A stretch of DNA of 64,000 nucleotides. It comes from Octopus vulgaris. Taxonomy: Eukaryota. This document shows, one piece after another, positions 29,154 through 42,666 of the stretch. The stretch spans positions 14,260,001-14,324,000 of the forward strand of contig OX597838.1 in the NCBI GenBank assembly GCA_951406725.2, in the 5' to 3' direction. A program made the position numbers and the translations under genes. How positions within the stretch are numbered: the stretch's first letter is position 1; each line of letters begins with the position of its first letter. The notes under the pieces were generated by a model. It saw nothing but the letters and a program-made list of their open reading frames with translations. It was not told the origin of the DNA and ran no database searches.

Positions 29154-29196
<43 letters not shown>

Positions 29197-29464
29197 AAAG
29201 TGGATGTTAAAACGATGATGATGATGATGATGATGATGATGATATATATATATATATATATATATTTATCATCATCATCATCGTCATCATCATCGTTTTA
29301 ACGTCCACTTTCCATGCTAGCAGGGGTTGGGCGATTTGACTGAGGTCTGGCGGACCAGATGGCTGCACCAGGCTCCAATCTTGATCTAGCAGAGTTTCTA
29401 CTGGTGGATGGCCTTCCTAACGTGGTGGTGGTGGTGGTGGGTAAACACACAGACACATAAGGGG

Positions 29465-29495
<31 letters not shown>

Positions 29496-29665
29496 TATAT
29501 ATACATACATACATGGTGGGCTTCCTTCAGTTGCCATCTACAAAATCCACTCACAAGACTGGCTGGCCTGAGGCTATAGAAGAAGACACTTGCCCAAGGT
29601 GTCACACAGTGGGACTGAACCCAGAACCATATGGTTGGGAAGCAAGCTTCTTACCACAGCCATGT
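28955..29665 (-). mobile_element. Cluster of partial SINE A copies (28955-29073, 29440-29665) and an RTE tail (29268-29422)
   Basis: Family motifs as above. Confidence 0.75.
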
Positions 29666-29737
29666 CTGTACCTGTGTATATGTATATACATATATACATA
29701 CATACTCGGCCGGCTACCTAGCAGGCCAGCCCTGCCA

Positions 29738-29819
<82 letters not shown>

Positions 29820-30084
29820 GTAAATGTGTATGTATATGTTTATGTCTGTGTACATATATATGTGAATATGTGTGTGTGTGTGCGTCTGTGTGTGTGTGTG
29901 TATACAATATATTGTGGGGATTAATAGCGTTGGACAAAATGTCTTTGGTTTACAGTTGCCTTCCTTTACATTCTAAGTTCAAATCCTGCAAAGGTTAACA
30001 TTAACTTTCATCCTTCCAAGTTCCTTTGAATAAAAATCGCTGTGAAAGAAATATTGAGCTCAATGTAATATTCCAGTAAACCAG

Positions 30085-30790
30085 ACTTGATTGGAATGGC
30101 GTTTATAATAGCAGATACAACAAAGTATATTAATTTCTCTCTTTATTCAATTTGTCAAGATATTTTGATAAACGCCACCGACCATTGCTTCTTCAGATGT
30201 TATCTTGGTCATAGGAACCTTTCTATTTGTCACGTTTCCTTATCGGAAACCTATGTGATAGTCGTTGGTATAGAAACAAAGACTCATGTAGTCAATTGTT
30301 TCGAAGTCGTTTGCAGATTTCATTAATTGTTGCATTGAATGTGGTTGTGTGTCATATGTGTAATGGCGTCGGATGCTAGCTGGGTTCGGTAAAGTTCAAA
30401 GCGTGTCGTTTTTTTTTTGTCGTAGGTTATTCTTTTGAGTTGTTATGAACGTGTTGCCATGCCAGATGTACTAACGGTTGAGAACACATATGTTTGTAGA
30501 AATATATCCACCACAACGACATCCCAGACTTGACATTGGCAATTCCTATGTATCAGAAGAATACGAGCAAGACAGCCTGGTACTTTCTCTTCTAACCGAG
30601 ATGACACTATAGGCTCCACAGCTTACGCGGAACACCGCCTGTTTTTGTAGTTCGTTTGATTATTGTATCAATCATGTATGTCTTGCTTTATACATAAAAA
30701 ATAGACTATAAAGACGTTCTTTCCCAGATATCTGTTCGTTTGCCACAACAACAAATGGTTTTATTGTTTATGTGAGTATAAAAAGATTAA
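30085..30790 (-). pseudogene. Highly decayed Penelope-like RT-thumb/GIY-YIG fragment
   Basis: Minus-strand remnants KVPGCLARI (cf. IPxxLARRI) and DYMSLC..DYHIG (cf. IYxIxC..YIG). Confidence 0.3.
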
Positions 30791-31530
30791 AGGCAAAGGT
30801 CCCAGTAACACTCTTCTTTGGTTGCTGTTTTTCATTTGGGTTGCTCCCGTATTCTAGCGGTTCGGTAAAGAGAATCCGATGGAGTAACCATGAGGCATAA
30901 AAAAATAACTGAGATTGACTTAAAATATTCAAGGTGATGCCCCAGTGAAGTCACAATTCAAAGAATAATTGAATATAGACGATGAAATTGCCAACCAAAT
31001 GGACATAGACACAAACAGTCTCAAAGAAACTTTTTAAATATTTTAATAGTAAGAAATTCGTTTGTTGGAGGAGAGGAAGAAAATGATCTTGGGAAAGAAG
31101 CGATTTAATTGAGTTATAAAGTAAAAAAAGAACTGAAATTTTTAGTGGGGTCGATTTAAATCAATTTCATCGATCTAGAGTTCCATTGACACGTATTTAA
31201 TCGAACTCGAAATTATGAGAGACTAAGTTGACCTTGGCAGAATTTGAACTCAGAACGTAAAGACAGAAAAAATACTAGCGATTCCACCCACAGCGTGCTA
31301 GCGATTCTACCCGTTCTTCTCCGTATAATTCAATAAATATAAAGAAACAAAATTCTTCGGAGTCGATAAAAAGAAAAGAAATTTGAGGTCAGGTAATGTA
31401 AGGAAAATAACTCTGTATATTTTTGAGGAGTTACTTCCCTTACATTCTTCTCGCGTGCGCAACACATACACTTGTTAATGGGTGAGATTTCGTTGTATAT
31501 ATCCACCGTGGTTTTAGTATTTATATCTAA

Positions 31531-32047
31531 CTAGCAGTATCGCCCGGCGTTGCTCGGATTTGTAAGGGAAATAACTATATAAGAATTTTTAGAGAGTTAC
31601 TTCCCTTATAGATGCCAATTCGGGCTTTCTTAGCCATTTCTGTTTTGGCGACTTCAAGCCATGAAGTCGTTGTTCTAAAAGAACGCTGGTCTCCTTGACA
31701 ACGCATTACGACATTGATTTCCTTACGCTCCCTTCCCTACAGCTTCACGAGGGAGGGAAGAAGGGGGAGAAGCAAACACAGGTGCAGGTGTTTGAGCGTG
31801 GACGCCAACTCCGCCGCCATCGACACACGAAAAATTATGCATTAAAATGGAATAAAAAATGATGTTAAATTATTTTTTAAATCGTAGACTCATCGTAGAC
31901 GCGCGCTAATACTCAGACGGGCTTGATAAGAATCACGACTATAAGATACCCGAATTTGGTTAAACTGCACCGCAAAATGTGGGAGGAGTTAGGAATCTAA
32001 ATCGAAGGGGACAGACACTCACACAACTACAGTTTTATATATATAGA
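31531..32047 (-). mobile_element. Non-autonomous Helitron
   Basis: Minus strand: A|TCTATATATATAAAA 5' end; subterminal GC hairpin CCGAGCAACGCCGGG then CTAG|T 3' end; inserted in AT with no TSD. Confidence 0.85.
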
Positions 32048-32056
32048 TTTAACTAC

Positions 32057-32134
<78 letters not shown>

Positions 32135-32394
32135 CGTACGTACGTACATACGTGTGTATGAGTGATTATGAGCAACCGTCCTGCACACGCTAGTACAATG
32201 TCTAAGCATTGCTAAGGTATGGAGTTATGTTGAACAGCTGCGTAATCGACCGACTTTATCATGAACATCGCTCCGCCACCTTCCTTTGCCCGGAAAGGGC
32301 AGGCACTTTTCTTCCGCCTTTATCGTTTTATCTTTTATTTGTTTTAGTCATTAGATTGCGGCCATGCTGGAGCATCGCATTGAAGAACTTTTAT

Positions 32395-32799
32395 AGGCGT
32401 AGGAGTGGCTGTGTAGTAAGTAGCTTGCTTACCAACCACATCGTCCCGTGTTCAGTCCCACTGCGTGGCACCTTGGGCAAGTGTCTTCTACTATAGCCTC
32501 GGGCCGACCAAAGCCTTGTGAGTGGATTTGGTAGAGGGAAACTGAAAGAAGCCTGTCGTATATATGTATATATATGTGTGTGTGTGTGTGTGTGTATGTT
32601 TGTGAGTCTGTGTTTGTCCCCACAACATTGCTTGACAACCGATGCTGGTGTGTTTACGTCCTCGTAACTTAGCAGTTCGGCAAAAGAACCGATAGAATAA
32701 GTACTAGGCTTACAAAGAATAAGTACTGGGGTCGATTTGCCCGACAAAACGCGGTGCTCCAGCATGACCACAGTCAAATGACTGAAACAAGTAAAAGAG
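32395..32799 (+). mobile_element. SINE family A
   Basis: Full match to family A. Confidence 0.9.
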
Positions 32800-32809
32800 T
32801 CGAATGAAT

Positions 32810-33998
32810 GAGATGTCACATCTTTTCGATTAACAAATCTTTATATTTTCGGAGCTTATTAAGTTCTTTCGCCGAGATATTGTGATTACAAGGAATGCTC
32901 ATGTCAATCAATAATATCCGGTTTATTAGTTTTGATCGTCCGTTCTGTATGTACTGGAAAGTTCAGTTGTGGTGGTTTTGTAGATTTCATCTTGGATCAA
33001 GCCTCCACCTCCTTGGGCTCTGGGAAGGTAAAGACGGTCTGCGCCTGCCTTTGGATGGTGCATCTTATTGCAAGTCAGCAGCTTACGGATTTTCCTCTCT
33101 TTATTTCGCTGATATTCCAATTCAACACATTGAATTTATAAATAACAACTGGAACTATTAAAGAATTTATGGCTAACACCTTGTTACGTATATTTAGCTC
33201 AGATTCAGGACTGCTCGAATTCTCCTTTAGCATCCCTTCCCCTCTTCTCTTTCATGCTTGTATGCTGAATGCCAGAGAACTTCGTTTATTCCGAGGTGTT
33301 TGTAAGTTTGTTCTTCCTCAAATTTTTCTAACTGCGTCAACATCTAATACGACTGAATTTGAGGTCTTCAATTTTCTTTTCTGTAAAGTGTATTTGGCAC
33401 CTATATCAAGACCGAAATCCATCCCGATGTCATCACTGAATGCTTTCACAATACGTAACAGACCTTCAAGGTCATTATTCTCCATGCATTAGAGTTTTAA
33501 GTCATCCGTACAAAATTAATGGCTTATTTTCTTATTGTCAGTTGTATACCCGTACCCTACTATGCTAAGTTCACTTGTAAGGGGTATTAGGGCTATGGAA
33601 AAAAAATAGAGATGAAAGTGAGTCACCTTGGAAAATGTCACAGTTGATGTTAATATTGTTTGAAATCAGAATTCCATTAGTGTGGTATAATTGGAGATTC
33701 GTGTTCCACACTGACACTTCAGGAAATTTGAAATTACAGGAGAAATTTCGAAGATATCCGACGATTTCAAGGTTCACGAATGCGCTATACTGTCAAAGGC
33801 CTTTTTATAATCAATCCATACGGAACTGAGATTTCTGCGTTTGTTATAACAGCTCTCAAGGATCAAGAGATTAATTAGGAATTGATCGTTGCATCCATAC
33901 GAGCCTCGTCGGCACCTTTTTTGTTCAGTGGGGGAAAAATCGTTCTGTTCCATAAATGCGTATGTTTCCTGCACGACGATGGATGTTAAAATTTTATA
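32810..33998 (-). pseudogene. R4/Dong-clade non-LTR retrotransposon reverse transcriptase, frameshifted and 5'-truncated
   Basis: EQKRCRRGSYGCNDQFLIN..WIDYKKAFDSIAH; DIFQGDSLS; TDDLKL; FSDDIGMDFGLD; HHPKAGADRLYLPRAQGGGGL; abuts (TAA)n at about 34002. Confidence 0.9.
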
Positions 33999-34000
33999 AA

Positions 34001-34060
<60 letters not shown>

Positions 34061-34294
34061 TCTGCGCATTATAAGCTTTGATATTTTAGCACGCCTGGCA
34101 AATCGCTTAGCGGTATTTCGCCCGTCTTTTACGTTCTGTGAGGTCGACTTTGTCTTTAATAATTTCGAGGTCGATTAAATAAGTATTAGTGGAACACTGG
34201 GGTCGATTTGAACGACTTATTTCCTCCCTAAAATTGCTGGCCATGTACCAAAATTTGAAACCAATATTATTATTGTTGTTGTTATTGTTGTTGC

Positions 34295-34334
<40 letters not shown>

Positions 34335-34636
34335 ATTTATTGTCTTTGCACAGCTTCTAACGAGTGTTCTAAGAGAGTGCATGCCATCAAAGTGACACTG
34401 GGGTAACTTTGATTTCCCAAGATTTACCCTCAAATTCTTCGTCTTAGTTGCCAAAAGACCTGATAACCATTGGCAAGATTTTTGACGATTTCAGTATTTT
34501 TATTCCAGTATTTAAGAATTCCAAATCCTTTTTCATGATTCCAGTATTCCACAGTCGCAAAACAACAACAACAAAAAACAACCCAAACAAAACACACTTC
34601 CTGCCTCTTATGAACTTCTATAATATCTAGTCTCGT

Positions 34637-35020
34637 GGAGGCACAATGGCCCAGTGGTTAGGACAGCGGACTTGCGGTCATAGGATCGCGGTTTCGATTC
34701 CCAGACCGGGCGTTGTGAGTGTTTATTGAGCGAAAACATCTAAAGCTCCACGAGGCTCCGGCAGGGGATGGTGGTGATCCCTGCTGTACTCTTTCACCAC
34801 AACTTTCTCTCACTCTTACTTCCTGTTTCAGTTGTACCTGTATTTCAAAGGGCCGTCCTTGTCACTCTCTGTGTCACGCTGAATATCCCCGAGAACTATG
34901 TTAAGAGTACACGTGTCTGTGGAGTGCTCAGCCACTTACACGTTAATTTCACGAGCAGGCTGTTCCGTTGATTCGGATCAACCGGAACCCTCGTCGTCGT
35001 AACCGACGGAGTGCTTCCAT
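34637..35020 (+). mobile_element. tRNA-derived SINE family E, full length
   Basis: GGAGGCACAATGGCCCAGTGGTTAGG..GGTTTCGATTCCC..CGTAACCGACGGAGTGCTTCCA. Confidence 0.9.
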
Positions 35021-35119
35021 CCATCCACAAACTGAAACTTTTATCATGTCAGATTTTTAATGTATTCATTTCGAACGAAATATGAGCAATCCGTTGCACT
35101 TTTATTATATCAATTGTTA

Positions 35120-35169
<50 letters not shown>

Positions 35170-35384
35170 GTTGTTGTTGTTGTTATTATTGTTATTATTA
35201 TTTGTTTGATAATTTTGATTATTACGGTCATTATTTTCAAATTATGAAATGAAAGGAATTTAAAAAAAAATAATCGATGCAAACGAATCTGTATCTGTTG
35301 GTAAGACCGTATTGATCATAAATGGATTGATTGATACGGAAGAGCAAGATAAATAGTTTAAAAAGACATTTCAGCATTGAGACA

Positions 35385-35824
35385 CACATACATACATACA
35401 TACATACATACACACATACATACATACATACATACATACATACATACATACATACATACATACATACATACATACATACATACATGCACTCATACATACA
35501 TACATACATACATACATACATACATACATACATACATACATACATACATACATACATACATACATACATACATACATACATACATACATACATACATACA
35601 TACATACATACATACATACGTACGTACGTACGTACATACATACACACACACATACATTCTTACATACATACATACATACATACATACGTACATACATACA
35701 TACATACATACATACATGCATACATACATACATACATACGTATATACATACATACATACATGCATACATACATACATGCATACATACATACATACATACA
35801 TACATACATACATACATACATACA

Positions 35825-35858
<34 letters not shown>

Positions 35859-36088
35859 CACACATACATACATACATACATACATACATACATACATACA
35901 TACATACATACATACATACATACGTACATACATACATACATACATACATATATACACACATACATACATACATACATACACACATACATACATACGTACA
36001 TACATACATACATACATACATACATACATACATACATGCATACATACGTACATACATACATACATACATACATACATGCATACATACA

Positions 36089-36118
<30 letters not shown>
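35385..36118. repeat. (CATA)n microsatellite
   Basis: Direct reading. Confidence 0.95.
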
Positions 36119-36119
<1 letters not shown>

Positions 36120-36516
36120 GTATATACGTGTGTCTATGTATGTATGCATATATGTATATATATGTGTATGTATGCATCTATATATGTATACGTACGCATG
36201 TATAAAGATAAATATGTGTGTTTATATGCACTGACACATACACACACATACGCGCAGATACGCACACACGTACGCACACATACACACACACACGTATGCA
36301 CCCTCACACATACACACACAAACATGTCAATACGTAGCAGAAAGAACTGGAACATTTACCAGCAGACAATGGCAAATGATGTGAAATTAAATAATAATGA
36401 GAGCGAATTAAACTATTAGAAAAACCAAGAGCGTATGTCTGTCTGTATGTCTTGGAGAGAAAAGGAGAGAGAGAGAGGGGGGGCGGCGGAAATAAATGGC
36501 TGTATTTGTATATATG

Positions 36517-36772
36517 TGGAGGCGCGTGGCTTAGTGGTTAGGGTGTCAGCATCATGATCGTTAGATTGTGGTTTCGATTCCTGGACCGGGCGATGCGTTG
36601 TGTTCTTGAGCAAAACAACTTCATTTCTCGTTGCTCCAGTCCACTCAGCTGGCAAAAATGAGTAACGCTGCGATGGACTGGCGTCCCGTCCAGCTGGGGA
36701 ATACATATGGCCATAGAAACCGGAAAACCGGGCCCATGAGCCTGGCTAGGCTTTAAAAGGGCGCATTTATTT
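36517..36772 (+). mobile_element. SINE family F
   Basis: Near-identical to 58945-59200. Confidence 0.9.
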
Positions 36773-36855
36773 AATTGTATTTGTATTTGTATATATAGAT
36801 AGATAGATATATACGTAAGTAGATAGATAGACAGATGGACCTCTCATGTATATGT

Positions 36856-36893
<38 letters not shown>

Positions 36894-37019
36894 TAAGTAG
36901 AAATTCTTCAAGGCTGGGACCCAGTATAGCCACAGACTGACACAAGTAAAAGAGGAAAGCTATACGTATGTGTGCAGATATATGTACATATGTATGTGCG
37001 TATGTGCGCGCATTTGTGT

Positions 37020-37089
<70 letters not shown>

Positions 37090-37259
37090 ATGTGCGTGAA
37101 TGTATCGAGAATTTGAAAATAATATCTCTAAGATGCTACTCAAAAGCCAATAAAACTAGAAATAATAATCCCCGATAAATCAAGTTATAGAATCTTAAAC
37201 AAGAAAAAAAATTATCTGCGGAATAGATTTACATGTTTGGCGCATATTAGACGCGACCA

Positions 37260-37295
<36 letters not shown>

Positions 37296-37399
37296 TATAC
37301 AGTTTGCGACTGACTCGGTAAGTTGTGGCTTTTTTAAGAAGTAAATTTGAATCCCAGTCAGTCCAACATGTATAACAGGTTTGACACAACGAAATATAA

Positions 37400-38016
37400 T
37401 CTTTTCTACTCTAGGGCACAAGCCACGAAATTTTGGGGGAGGTGGGTTCAGTCGATTAGATCGACCTCAGTACGCAACTGGTACTTAATTTATCGACCCC
37501 GAAAGGATGAAAGGCAAAGTCGACCTCAGCGGAATTTGAACTCAGAACGTAAAGACAGACGAAATACCTATTTCTTTACTACCCACAAGGGGCTAAACAT
37601 AGAGGGGACAAACAAGGATAGACAAACGGATTAAGTCGATAACATCGACCCCAGTGCGTAACTGGTACTTAATTTATCGACCCCGAAAGGATGAAAGGCA
37701 AAGTCGACCTCAGCGGAATTTGAACTCAGAACGTAAAGACAGACGAAATACCTATTTCTTTACTACCCACAAGGGGCTAAACATAGAGGGGACAAACAAG
37801 GATAGACAAACGGATTAAGTCGATAACATCGACCCCAGTGCGTAACTGGTACTTAATTTATCGACCCCGAAAGGATGAAAGGCAAAGTCGACCTCAGCGG
37901 AATTTGAACTCAGAACGTAAAGACAGACGAAATACCTATTTCTTTACTACCCACAAGGGGCTAAACACAGAGGGGACAAACAAGGACAGACCCCAGATTA
38001 CATCGACCCCAGTGCG
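37400..38016 (-). mobile_element. Head-less SINE B concatemer, about 3 units of 184 bp
   Basis: AACTGGTACTTAATTTATCGACCCC at 37476, 37660 and 37844. Confidence 0.9.
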
Positions 38017-39080
38017 ACATGGTTCTAAGAAATGGCATCTTATTAGATCCTCACTAGGAAACAAGATATTAGATACTTAACTCTTGTACGAGTGATGCAT
38101 GGTGCGGAGTGCTGGACTGATCATAGGCTTTTGCGTGCCGAGGTGAATTTTCTTGTGAAACCTAAGGTTAGAGCAAATATTGACAAATTATCTAAACGGA
38201 TTGATGTCAATAAACTTAAGATACCGTCACTGCACAATGAGTTTCTGAGTGAGGCAAATAATTTGTCCAGTGATGGAAGTTGGAAGTCATTCAAAGAAAG
38301 AGCATATGAGGTTTGTAGCGACATTCTTGGCTTTGTTGGATGAAGAAATTAGTTTTATGTTAGAGGAGAAGCGAAAGGCATTTAACATGTTGCAAAATGT
38401 TGACATGTCAGCGAACAAAACTGTGGCTACGTATTTCAAGGCTGTAAAAGCAACAGTGCAGAGGAAGCTGAGGATGATGCAGGAAAATTGGTGGAGTGAT
38501 AGACGTGATGAAATCAAATGCTAACAATTCCAAACTGTTTTAATCTCTCTTGAAAAGAAGTTTATGGACCAGCTTCATCAACTGTTGCGCCACTTCGGAG
38601 CAAGGATGGTGTTGTTGTTATATATATATATATAATATATTGAGTATTAAAGGAAGTAGTGAGTACTTAGTATGAAAGATTAAGAAAATGAGAGAGACTG
38701 AAAAAACGTGTTAACGATACGAGATACTTTATTAGACTGCCGTTGTTGTACAACGTATTTGTTGTGGCGGGAAACTTACTGAATGTCCTTGTATCAAGGG
38801 AGACAATGGGCAACGTTGATTGTTCATGTTTGTTGTGATGATTACATAACAGATGGCACAGAATTATCAACAAATCCAAAAGATATTGTCGCGAGATGGA
38901 AAGAGCATTTCGATCAGTTGCTCGGTAGACCCACTGAAGTTGATCTCTCTTTTTCTTGATGATATACATGAGAGACCAACAAAAAGGTAGATTCGGTTCG
39001 CTTCAAAGTATCTCCGGGTTTCAAAATGTTCGTGAAGATACAGACGATGGCGAGGCAGATCCTGCAGCATCAAGAGGGCT
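38017..39080 (+). pseudogene. RTE-clade LINE ORF fragment (end of APE endonuclease + linker) split by a solo LTR
   Basis: HGSKKWHLI..RVMHGAECWTDHRLLRA; KATVQRKLRMMQENWW; VYGP..APLRSKDG|TELSTNPKDIVARWKEHFDQLL. Confidence 0.85.
38610..38851 (-). mobile_element. Solo LTR (242 bp) with 5-bp TSD
   Basis: TGTT...AACA termini; TSD GATGG at 38605-38609 and 38852-38856; AATAAA on the minus strand; removing it restores the RTE reading frame. Confidence 0.85.
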
Positions 39081-39218
39081 CATCATTTTACATTCCGTGC
39101 GTCAGTTTTTCCATCCATGTTTTCAGATGTTCCTCTAAAATTTTGTACCTTGCCATTCCATTCTTGTTGAGCTACAAGGAGAACGAAAACATAAAAAAAA
39201 AAAATGAATGAATTATAT

Positions 39219-39390
39219 AGGCGCAGGAGTGGCTGTGTGGTAAGTAGCTTGCTAACCAACCACATGGTTTCGGGTTCAGTCCCACTGCGTGGCATCTTGG
39301 GCGAGTGTCTTCTGCTATAGCCTCGGGCCGACCAAAGCCTTGTGAGTGGATTTGGTAGACGGAAACTGAAAGAAGCCTGTCGTATATATG

Positions 39391-39421
<31 letters not shown>

Positions 39422-39642
39422 ATATGTTTGTGTGTCTGTGTTTGTCTCCCTAGCATTGCTTGACAACCGATGCTGGTGTGTTTACGTCCCCGTCACTTAG
39501 CGGTTCAGCAAAAAGAGACCGATAGAATAAGTACTGGGCTTACAAAGAATAAGTCCCGGGGTCGATTTGCTCGACTAAAGGCGGTGCTCCAGCATGGCCG
39601 CAGTCAAATGACTGAAACAAGTAAAAGAGAGTAAAAAGAGAG
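39219..39642 (+). mobile_element. SINE family A, full length
   Basis: Full match to family A. Confidence 0.9.
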
Positions 39643-39654
39643 TATATAGAAATA

Positions 39655-39868
39655 TCTACTCGCATAATAAAATAAGTGATAAAAAATAAAATCTCTCTCT
39701 CTCTCAGCGATTCTCTCCCCTTGAGGGAAATTTCTTCCCCCTCTTCTATTTCTTAGCAAACACTATTTCTCTCTGCCTCTTAAACTGAAAACAACTGCAG
39801 ATGGCGTAGCGGCTGCAACGGCGTTCACCAGTCAAATTTCACACGTAAGCTAATACAGATATATCTAG
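39655..39868 (+). mobile_element. Possible small decayed Helitron
   Basis: A|TCTACT..AATAAAA 5' end and CTAG|T 3' end; no clear subterminal hairpin. Confidence 0.35.
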
Positions 39869-39921
39869 TATTTTTTACGTGATATTTAATGATTTAATAT
39901 ATATGAAAAATAAAACAACGT

Positions 39922-40737
39922 GGATCTTTTCGGTTTGAACGGCAGTTTTTTCTAGCGGTGTCATATGAAATTGTCACCCATAATTATGACTCTAGTATCG
40001 ATCTATTGAATTTCAATCTGTTTTAGGGTTAGGGTTAGGGGGGAAGGGTATATTTTTTTCTTCGGAAATGTAAATAAACCCAATCGGTTTCTTAAACGAG
40101 TGACATATTCATACGGCACAGAGTGCTTTTACCTCAATAGACGTCATTGATTGGTTGAAATTGCAGAAATTGAAGAAAAACAACAACAAATATCTTACAA
40201 ACTATATAATTTTCTCAATAAAGCCAAGAGAAAAAGATGTTTTATAAACACATTCTACCAGTATACGAAGTTTAAAAGTGTTTAGTTACTCTCTTTTACT
40301 TGTTTCAGTCATTTGACTGCAGCCATGCTGGAGCACCGCCTTTAATCGAGCAACTCGACCCCGGGACTTATTCTTTTTGTAAGCCCAGTACTTATTCTAT
40401 CGGTCTCTTTTGCCGAACCGCTAAGTAACGAGAGACATAAACACACCAGCATCGGTTGTCAAGCAATGCTAGGGGGACAAACACAGACACACATACACAT
40501 ATATATATACATATATACGACAGGCTTCTTTCAGTTTCCGTCTACCAAATCAACTCACAAGGCATTGGTCGGCCCGAGGCTATAGTAGAAGACACTTGCC
40601 GAAGGTGTCACGCTGTGGGACTGAACCCGGAACCATGTGGTTGGTAAGCAAGCTACTTACCACACAACCACTCCTGTGGAAATTATTTCCTACGTGGAAA
40701 TTATTTTAAAAAACTGCCGTTCAAACCGAAAAGATCC
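39922..40737. mobile_element. MITE with about 30-bp TIRs, GG/CC termini and 8-bp TSD (Merlin-like), carrying (TTAGGG)3 and a nested SINE A (40290-40676, minus)
   Basis: TIR GGATCTTTTCGGTTTGAACGGCAGTTTTT and its reverse complement ending at 40737; TSD AACAACGT at 39914-39921 and 40738-40745. Confidence 0.9.
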
Positions 40738-41040
40738 AACAACGTAAATATTTTTTGTTTAAAGAATTTTGAGTTTACGGATGTCTTGAGTTCTCCAATA
40801 TCTTAATGCTTGGGGGTAAATTAATTACTAAGAGAAGCAGATAACACTGTGAAACAAAATTTCTATTTTTGTTTCGTTTTTGGTCAGCAAATTTCCTATT
40901 TGCTTCTTTCTAGAAATCAAAGGAAATGACTACTATTCCCTTCAGACTGTGTTTTTGTATCTTGGGCATCAATATTTTTAAACTGGCCTATCTTCCAATT
41001 ACATTTCAGACAGATTCAGTGCTGAGTTGCTGAACCATAA

Positions 41041-41165
41041 TTTTCTAGAACTTGCCAGAAGTTTCAAGAACTTTTCAGAGGTTTCTAAAACTTCCAAGAA
41101 TTTTTCAAACGTTCTGGCAACATTGACGGCAGTATAAATGCAGGGATTGTAAGCCTAGCAGTTCA
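41041..41165 (+). promoter_or_regulatory. Heat-shock-element-like array + TATA box + Inr-like motif
   Basis: About 7 ten-bp units of degenerate TTCnnGAA (41041-41116), TATAAA at 41133-41138, CAGTT at 41159-41163. Confidence 0.55.
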
Positions 41166-42399
41166 ATTCACTTCTAGCTGTCCAAGCGGATACAAGTTTG
41201 AGGAAAGCAAAGTTTGAAGGAAATTTTTTTAACCTTTTATTTTATCTAGTTTCAGCTCACGAGCTGTGGCCATGCTGGGGGCACCGTCAGCAAATAAGAA
41301 ATAACAGTTACTACCCAAGGACAAAAATCGTACTACACAATGTAATCATTCGAATTTGAATCACTTAGCTGTGACATTACTTAATATTGTTATTTAATCC
41401 AGGGATGAATTGTTTTTTTTTTTTGTTTGTTTATTTTACATCCATGTTTGTTTCCTAAACGAGAAATTTAGCATCTTGCCATTTCTGGAAAATGTTCTGA
41501 AAGAAGGAAGTTAATAAAATTATATTTTCAATAATGAATGTTTTCAAGTCAACAATTGTGTGCTACAGGCATTTCACTATATTTCACAAAAGAGGGTCCA
41601 CATTCTTCTTCAGAAAATTACAGAAAATTACCACTTTGAAATGATTTGCAAATAACCTTTTTTTTTTTTTTTTTTGTATTCCCAGGATATTTCGTAAACT
41701 TGTCGTTATCATCACTACATTAATTCTGCTGTGAAAACAAGTTCAGACGATACTTTTTCAGCGTGAAAACAGGTCCAGACGATCATTTTCTAACTAAGAA
41801 ATGAACAATTTTAATTTCTTTGTGAATGTATTGATTTAATTTACTCAGTTTAGAAACAGTTTATTCATATTCTGTAGTTTCAAATTTAGATCATTGCAAT
41901 GGCTTTGCTACTTTAACAAAACAAAAAAAAAAAAAATCTAAACAAGAGTGAAATATTATCAAATAAAATGGCTATTTTCTGATATTTTTGAACATAAAGA
42001 CTATTGAAAAGGTTGCAAGATGCAACGAAAATTTTAGGAAAATAAAAATAAGAAATAAGTGGAAATTTTACCGGTGAGTGTGTTACATTATAAGGCACAA
42101 AAAGAAAATGACTCTTCCCAGACACAACTGAACATAAAGAGTTTTCAAATAACTGGACGGATACAAACATACACACGCACGCGCGTGCACACACACGCAT
42201 ACACACACACACGCACACACATACGCGCGCGCGCACACACACACGTACAACAGACACACTCACACACGCATACACACACATGTATAGCACGCACACTTAC
42301 ACACACGCGCACACACACACGCACACACACACACACACACGTACACACACACACGCGCACACACACACACAACACACACACGCACACAAACACACACGC

Positions 42400-42666
42400 A
42401 TTACTTGCCTGGTCAGGAGGAAGTGCAGTGCCCCAGCTCTTGATAGGCTTCCGGTACTGGTGAGATTGTTGCTGTTCTTAATGTTCCAATGAATAGACAT
42501 CTGTACCAGGAAAGACCTGATCAGGGAGGGTATTCCAGAGGGATGACGTTTTGGTGAGGAAGGACTTTGCATTATAGTAAATAAGGCGACTGGGAGGTTG
42601 GATACAAGAAAGGACAATGAGAAGAGAAGAGATGCGGGAATGGAGCTTGTGTATGGTGAGGAGGCG
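42400..42666 (-). mobile_element. CR1/Jockey-type LINE 3' fragment
   Basis: KSFLTKTSSLWNTLPDQVFP matches the SF..RT..LWNxLP..VFP ORF2 C-terminal motif. Confidence 0.7.

Noticed and set aside
34637-34710. tRNA genes at SINE heads (also 28385-28454, 36517-36590)
   Set aside because: A/B boxes are present but there is no complete cloverleaf, and each continues into a SINE body and tail.
40023-40040. Telomere or chromosome-fusion scar
   Set aside because: Only three TTAGGG units, lying inside a TIR/TSD-bounded transposon.
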